Part shown: in pieces, positions 58,579 through 64,000 of the stretch
Numbering within the stretch: position 1 is the stretch's first letter
Layout: each line of letters starts with the position of its first letter
Origin: a virus
Length of the DNA: 64,000 nucleotides
Direction: 5' to 3' (one strand)
Virus record (IMG/VR): IMGVR_UViG_3300030419_006105
Span: 32,001 to 96,000 of that record
Notes under the pieces: model-generated
Told to the model about the DNA's origin: nothing
The model's input: the letters and a program-made list of their open reading frames with translations, nothing else
Database searches by the model: none
Made by a program: the position numbers and the translations under genes

Positions 58579-60040
58579 TATAAAGCAATCAAAAATTAAA
58601 GCAGTAAAAGACTTTCCATATGTATCTATTAATGCTAATGGTACAGATTATAAAGTCACTACTTTTATTTTTAATAATCGAGGAGAAGCTCGATATATTG
58701 ATTCTTCGTCATTAAATCAAATAATATTTGAAACAAATCACAATACACCATTTCTCTTAGGTAGTTTATCTCTAAACAATAACGAAAACTCTAGTACTTT
58801 AAATAAAGTTGACTTTGGTGATCACGCTGGTGTATTATCAGAAGTTAATAGTTATGGTGACGGGGAATTATTTATAAAAATTATAATTAAAACAAAATCT
58901 TCTGCTAGAGTAGCATGTGACTATACAGATGAAGTTATATTAGAAAAACTATTTGTTGTTACAGATCAAGAAAATACTGTACAAAACAATAATAAACTAT
59001 CAGTATATTATTTTATAGATGTAGTTTATACTCATTTTGCAAATAAAAAACAAGTATGGAATACTGATCTATTAAATGAAAAAGCTAAATACAGAAATGG
59101 TTATACTAGAGTAAACTCAGGTAAAGCTTTAAAGCATATATTAATACAGTTCTCTGGTGATGATGATATTATAGATGAAAAAAATTGGGATAACGGTCAG
59201 GGTAATCTTCCTTATTATTCTTTACCCGCTGGTGAACCAGCGTTGACCGCAATAAATGAAATAATGAAAACATATGTATCATCAGATCAAAGCGGAGGTA
59301 TATTAACATATTATAACGGACAATTTCAATTACAATCTATAAGAAGTAATACAAATAAAATTTATAAACAAACGCAGCAAAATAGTGTATCCGAAGGAAC
59401 TATTCGTACAACAATACTTGGTAATAATTTTGCTGGTGGTGTTAAAATCCAAACTACTGATAACAGACAAACATATACTAATAGAGAAGCAGGATTAATA
59501 CTCGGAAAAAATTATTCTTATATACCTGTAGATATTAATAAAATACAATTTACAGATGTATCACCAACAGCTACCTTAAACGACTTAAATAAAAAAGAAG
59601 TAATACAATTTGATCCGATAACTAAACAATTTCATATTTATAGTAATGAAGGAACAATACAGAGTGTAGAAGAAAGAAGTAGTCTTGATTCTCTTCCCGA
59701 TGGAGAAGATAATAAAATTAATATTGATGTAAACACAAAATTTAGTGAATCTAAAGAACGGTTATTTCAAATGACTGATAATAATACAGTATTATATCGA
59801 GGCACTATTAAATTACAAAAACAATTACTTAATAGTTTAACAAAAGCTAATTTTATATGTAATGGAGATATTAATATATCTGCAAACAAGTTTATTTATA
59901 TAACAATAGATTTAAATAAAAAAAATACATTTGCTAAAAAAATACCTGGTTTTTGGTATATAACAAAAAATCTTACTACACTAGCATCAGGTCAATATTC
60001 AAGTGCAATTGAATGTGTTAAATTAGATAAACCGAAATGA
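58571..60040 (+). CDS. Putative baseplate hub protein (gp27-like)
   Basis: Beta-rich 489 aa; C-terminal GD...GFWYITK hub-like pattern; position. Confidence 0.5.
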   Translation: MADIKQSKIKAVKDFPYVSINANGTDYKVTTFIFNNRGEARYIDSSSLNQIIFETNHNTPFLLGSLSLNNNENSSTLNKVDFGDHAGVLSEVNSYGDGELFIKIIIKTKSSARVACDYTDEVILEKLFVVTDQENTVQNNNKLSVYYFIDVVYTHFANKKQVWNTDLLNEKAKYRNGYTRVNSGKALKHILIQFSGDDDIIDEKNWDNGQGNLPYYSLPAGEPALTAINEIMKTYVSSDQSGGILTYYNGQFQLQSIRSNTNKIYKQTQQNSVSEGTIRTTILGNNFAGGVKIQTTDNRQTYTNREAGLILGKNYSYIPVDINKIQFTDVSPTATLNDLNKKEVIQFDPITKQFHIYSNEGTIQSVEERSSLDSLPDGEDNKINIDVNTKFSESKERLFQMTDNNTVLYRGTIKLQKQLLNSLTKANFICNGDINISANKFIYITIDLNKKNTFAKKIPGFWYITKNLTTLASGQYSSAIECVKLDKPK

Positions 60041-61113
60041 GCGCAATACCATCTAAAACAGGAGTACCAGATATTGTTAATAATAAATTAACAAACACTG
60101 TTGACTTCCATATTGCATCTACAAATTTTAATTCTATTTTAAAATCATATATTAACTTTTTAGCACTTAGTAAATATTATGACAGTTTAAAATATGAACC
60201 AGATCCTATAACAGCAGAAGCGACATTTTGGGAAGAACTAGCGAACTCAAATATTAATTTACAAACTTTTGCTAAAAACCCTAAAGCTACAAAATACTTA
60301 TCTCGATTAGAGATAAACTTAAATGATGGAGAATTTTTAAAATTAAACGAAACAGGTGATCCGTTAATTTATGTAAACGCGACAGGAAATTTAATAGCAG
60401 AAACAACTGAAGGGAGAGAAATACCTCTAACTAAAGACGATTCAGAAAAAGTAAATACCCAATTAGAGGAAATTAAAACATCGTTTGATATAGGGAATGA
60501 AGATTTAAATGGAGAATTCATCGCATGGTGGTTAGATAAATATCGTAAATGTCATAGTAAGGTCAAAGAAGTATTACAAGAAAAATTAAACATCGAAGAT
60601 ACAATATTACAAGAAGTATCTGAAAGTGTAGGTTTTATTTCTTATCAATATCTCACACCACAAGGAAGATATATGCATTATGCAGATGAAGATTCAGATC
60701 CAACACCATTTCCTTTTAATAGTATCATAGATGATAAGTTAGAATTAGATACACGTAAAAATATTTTAGGATTAAGTAGAAGAACAGAAGCTATTTTCAA
60801 ACGAAATATACAGCAAGTAATTACAACACCTCATCTAGGAGATGTTCCTCATGGAGAAAATTTAGTTACAGATCATTTTTATTATAAACGATTAAAAGAA
60901 AATCAACCAGAAATAAATGAAATAGTAGCTGTCACATTAGGGGGTGCATATAAACTATTAATATGGTTAACTACAAATAAAGTAAGTAATAAACAAAAAA
61001 CAGTTCCAGGTGTTTTTGAATTAGTAGTAGAAAATTCAAAAGAAGAAGTTGATTTATTATTGAATAAAATTGAAACTCTTAAGAGACCATTTAATATGAG
61101 TATACTTAGTTAA
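60037..61113 (+). CDS. Hypothetical protein
   Basis: 358 aa ORF, ATGA-coupled to upstream gene. Confidence 0.65.
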   Translation: MSAIPSKTGVPDIVNNKLTNTVDFHIASTNFNSILKSYINFLALSKYYDSLKYEPDPITAEATFWEELANSNINLQTFAKNPKATKYLSRLEINLNDGEFLKLNETGDPLIYVNATGNLIAETTEGREIPLTKDDSEKVNTQLEEIKTSFDIGNEDLNGEFIAWWLDKYRKCHSKVKEVLQEKLNIEDTILQEVSESVGFISYQYLTPQGRYMHYADEDSDPTPFPFNSIIDDKLELDTRKNILGLSRRTEAIFKRNIQQVITTPHLGDVPHGENLVTDHFYYKRLKENQPEINEIVAVTLGGAYKLLIWLTTNKVSNKQKTVPGVFELVVENSKEEVDLLLNKIETLKRPFNMSILS

Positions 61114-61579
61114 GTTGTTCTGGTTCTTTTACTTCAGCGTCTACATTAATTACAGATTTATCATTTATAAGTTTTGCCATTATTTCTTCTCTACTCATAG
61201 TTAATGCATGATTTTGATCTGCGGTTTGTAGTTCTTTTTTAGAATCAATATCCATCTTCTTAGAAGCGATTGTAGTATTAGATTTTTTATCTTGTATAAC
61301 AATTTTGTTTAATGTTTCTATAGCTCCGGAAGATGCTTTTACTAATTCAGATAATGCAGATATGTTTTCTGCTTCTGGCATATGATGAACAACCTCTTTC
61401 ATATTATCTATTAACTCTAAACTATCTTGAATTAATTTAGAAGATTTTTGTATAACAAAATTTTCAATGTCCTCTTTATTCAACTCTGGATGGTCTCTTT
61501 CCGCGCGTTCTAGCATCTTACTATCTGCAGGAATTGATTTTAATTGCGAAATTAAATCATCTGGGTTAATATCATCCAT
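61106..61579 (-). CDS. gp16: Terminase small subunit-like protein
   Basis: 157 aa two-helix acidic protein (SALSELVKA..ETLNK), SREEIM tail; TAAATA 5 nt upstream. Confidence 0.55.
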   Translation of the reverse strand: MDDINPDDLISQLKSIPADSKMLERAERDHPELNKEDIENFVIQKSSKLIQDSLELIDNMKEVVHHMPEAENISALSELVKASSGAIETLNKIVIQDKKSNTTIASKKMDIDSKKELQTADQNHALTMSREEIMAKLINDKSVINVDAEVKEPEQLN

Positions 61580-61591
61580 AAAATTATTTAC

Positions 61592-61619
61592 TTGAACAAC
61601 ACATAATTTATACTATACT
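61592..61619 (+). promoter_or_regulatory. sigma70-like promoter for dut-gp44
   Basis: TTGAAC-N16-TATACT, 6 nt before ATG 61626. Confidence 0.65.
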
Positions 61620-61625
61620 AGGGGC

Positions 61626-62138
61626 ATGAATTTACAAATTTCGCGCGAGCTTGATATTAAATTTGTTAAGACTCACCCAGATGCAAAGCTACCAGAGCGA
61701 GCGCACGACAGTGATTCAGGGTATGATATATATAGTGTTGAGGAAGTAGTAGTACCTGGAAGAGGGTCTGTTGTAGTGCCTGTAGGTTTAACTTTAGGTT
61801 ATATAAGTGATGGATGGTGGTTCCGTGTTGAACCTAGAAGTGGTTTAGGATTTAAACATAACTTACAACCTCATTTAGGAATTATTGATAATGGATATAG
61901 AGGAGACTTAGCAGTTAAATTATATAATTTTAGTGATACAAATGTAACTTTAAATAAAGGCATGAAAATAGCACAACTAGTTTTATACCCTCAAGTTGGT
62001 GCTAGAGTTAGTTTTATTGATAAAGTTACTGAAGCAGATAGGGGAGATGCTGGATTTGGTTCTACAGATTATGTATCTGATATGGATACTGATAAATTAT
62101 CTGAACCTGAAGTTTTTGATATTAAAAAAGACATGTAA
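61626..62138 (+). CDS. dut: Trimeric dUTPase
   Basis: SGYDI, PRSGL, GIIDNGYRG, IAQL, RGDAGFGST. Confidence 0.95.
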   Translation: MNLQISRELDIKFVKTHPDAKLPERAHDSDSGYDIYSVEEVVVPGRGSVVVPVGLTLGYISDGWWFRVEPRSGLGFKHNLQPHLGIIDNGYRGDLAVKLYNFSDTNVTLNKGMKIAQLVLYPQVGARVSFIDKVTEADRGDAGFGSTDYVSDMDTDKLSEPEVFDIKKDM

Positions 62139-63046
62139 TGGAAGTTTCTGATATTTGGTGCGAAAAATATAGACCTAGTACTTTAGATCAAATAGTACTA
62201 AACTCTAACACTCGTACGTATTTTGATAAAATACGAGAAGATCAAAATATACCTAATGTTTTATTTGTAGGCCGACCAGGAATCGGTAAAACATCTTTAG
62301 CAAAAATTATAGTTTCAGATGTTCTTAATTGTCAGTATCTGTATATCAATGCATCAGATGAGAACGGAATAGACACAATACGTACAAAAGTATTAAACTT
62401 CGCGCAGACAAAGAGCCTCTTTGGGAGCATTAAGATTATAATACTTGACGAGTGTGATGGTTTGTCTATTGATGCACAAAAAGCTCTTCGTAACTCTATA
62501 GAAGAATATCATGAATTAACTCGATTTATACTTACAGCTAACTACAAGCATAAAATCATACCAGCTCTACAAAGTAGATGTCAAGTATTTGATCTTAATT
62601 ATGATAAAAATGAATATATAGCTAAATTAATATCCATAGTTAAAACAGAAGATGTAAAAATTAATAAAGAACAATTTTCTGCTATTGCTAATAGTTGTTA
62701 CCCAGATTTCCGTAAAGGTATTAATGCGTTACAAAAATATAGCTTATCTGGTGGTAATGATAGTGCTGTATTTGAATCAGCTGAATTTTTTGATGGATTA
62801 TTAGATCTTCTCCGTAAACAGAAGTATACTGTAATACGAAAACATATAATTAGTCACGAACCAGTGTTTAATAATGATTATGATGAACTATTCAAACATT
62901 TGTTTGATTATATCTATGGAGTTAATATAGATAATGATAAAAAAAGAGACTGTCTTTTAACAGTCTCGAAATACTTTTATCAGAATAGTCAGTGTATAGA
63001 TCAAGAGATCAACTTCTATTCTTGTATCTTAGAATTACGCGTTTAA
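62138..63046 (+). CDS. gp44: Clamp loader large subunit (RFC-like AAA+)
   Basis: WCEKYRP, GRPGIGKT, INASD, ILDECD, ALQSRC, PDFR. Confidence 0.93.
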   Translation: MEVSDIWCEKYRPSTLDQIVLNSNTRTYFDKIREDQNIPNVLFVGRPGIGKTSLAKIIVSDVLNCQYLYINASDENGIDTIRTKVLNFAQTKSLFGSIKIIILDECDGLSIDAQKALRNSIEEYHELTRFILTANYKHKIIPALQSRCQVFDLNYDKNEYIAKLISIVKTEDVKINKEQFSAIANSCYPDFRKGINALQKYSLSGGNDSAVFESAEFFDGLLDLLRKQKYTVIRKHIISHEPVFNNDYDELFKHLFDYIYGVNIDNDKKRDCLLTVSKYFYQNSQCIDQEINFYSCILELRV

Positions 63047-63529
63047 GTACTTTGCAGTATTTAATTTATAATCTCCACCAGGAACCTTAGTTTGATGACC
63101 ATCTATCTCCTGATCTTCAACAACTTCCGGTTTTAATGTTTGGGCATCTCTCTGATCATTAGTTGGATCAGTTTTTGTAGCTCTATGTTCATCCCAAGTT
63201 TCAGCAAACTCTAAGAGTTCTAATGGAATTGTAAGATTATTTTGATAAAAACCTGGAGCCATTTCAACCGTAATATCAGCTAGTTGAGCTTGTGAGTCTG
63301 TTGTTTCTGTCTCATATAATCCTTTTTTTATAGTAGAAAGCATAAGTGGTTTACCTTGTTCAGATAATGTTTTAATTTCCTGAACATAATCCTGTCTTAC
63401 CTTGTCTAGAGATTTATACCAGTCTGAAGATTCACATCCATTTTTTAACTTAACATAATCCCCTGCAATAGGACCAGATTTTACAAATCGCCCGATCTGC
63501 GCTTCAAATAATGTATCGAACTTACTCAT
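63035..63529 (-). CDS. Hypothetical late protein
   Basis: MSKFDTLFE N-terminus; TAAATA 6 nt upstream. Confidence 0.7.
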   Translation of the reverse strand: MSKFDTLFEAQIGRFVKSGPIAGDYVKLKNGCESSDWYKSLDKVRQDYVQEIKTLSEQGKPLMLSTIKKGLYETETTDSQAQLADITVEMAPGFYQNNLTIPLELLEFAETWDEHRATKTDPTNDQRDAQTLKPEVVEDQEIDGHQTKVPGGDYKLNTAKYLNA

Positions 63530-63575
63530 TTAAATTATTTATTCTTTTAAGCATTTTAAAATTAAATAATTATAC

Positions 63576-64000
63576 ATGGCTCTTAAATTAGACATTCTAA
63601 AAGATGCAAAGAATAAAGATAAATATCGTAATTATTCTTATGCAGATTTACATTTAGATTTGAAATTAGATAGTTATCTATCAGATCAAACAGTAGGAGC
63701 TAGTAAAAACAATCAAGATTTAAAAATAAGTTACGATGAAGAGGCGATTTATAACTCAATAAGAAATATTTTTAATACTAAAAAAGGACAAAAAATTCTT
63801 AATCCTACATTTGGTTTAGATGTTGAACAATACCTATTTGAGAATATTTCAAAAGAAAACGGTGAATTAATAGGTACTACAATTTATGAAGAGTTAGCAT
63901 TGTATGAACCTCGTATTGTTTGTGATAGTGTTAATGTTGTAGCACGTCCGGAGCAAAACGAATATAAAATTACTATATCTATAACAATACCGTCATTAAA
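63576..64000 (+). CDS. gp25: Baseplate wedge protein gp25-like; truncated by window edge
   Basis: Not in ORF track; YADLHLD...AIYNSIRNIFNTKKGQKILNPTFG...YLFE...YEPRI; TAAATA 7 nt upstream. Confidence 0.88.
   Translation, partial: MALKLDILKDAKNKDKYRNYSYADLHLDLKLDSYLSDQTVGASKNNQDLKISYDEEAIYNSIRNIFNTKKGQKILNPTFGLDVEQYLFENISKENGELIGTTIYEELALYEPRIVCDSVNVVARPEQNEYKITISITIPSL

Noticed and set aside
1-64000. Alternative genetic code (stop-codon reassignment)
   Set aside because: Standard code gives full-length core genes and near-complete coding density; TAA, TGA and TAG (e.g. rmlC end at 9263) all act as stops.
1-64000. tRNA, structured ncRNA or CRISPR array
   Set aside because: Intergenic gaps are tiny, the few larger ones are filled by small ORFs or promoters, and no cloverleaf or repeat-spacer pattern was seen by eye; tRNAscan/Infernal not run.

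Overview
AT-rich, densely coding 64 kb segment of a large T4-like (Tevenvirinae-like superfamily) myophage. It carries the T4 replication and recombination core (gp43, gp41, gp61, gp32, gp45, gp44, gp46/47, UvsX/Y/W, RNase H, gp55 late sigma factor), packaging genes (gp16, gp17), and neck, tail and baseplate genes (gp14, gp18, gp19, gp53, gp25 and hub/tape-measure candidates). Accessory content includes a ~10.7 kb operon for an unusual, probably branched-chain nucleotide sugar (His-type PLP 3-dehydratase, YerE/ALS-like ThDP enzyme, PanB, two radical SAM enzymes, glycosyltransferases). There is also a 7-deazaguanine pathway (folE, queD, queE, queC plus Ntn-amidotransferase) with GMP reductase and glycosyltransferases inside the replication module and no DpdA visible here, a scattered dTDP-rhamnose pathway, phoH and dUTPase. 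A Tat-signal DUF1552-like gene and a ferredoxin suggest a Verrucomicrobia/Planctomycetes-type host. Manual reading shows near-leaderless expression from TAAATA late and sigma70-like promoters. It also shows a set of late proteins sharing an N-terminal motif resembling the T4 capsid-targeting sequence, including a tandem ADP-ribosyltransferase-like protein. No tRNA, rRNA, CRISPR array, intron or intein was recognised. All family assignments come from motif recognition, not database searches.
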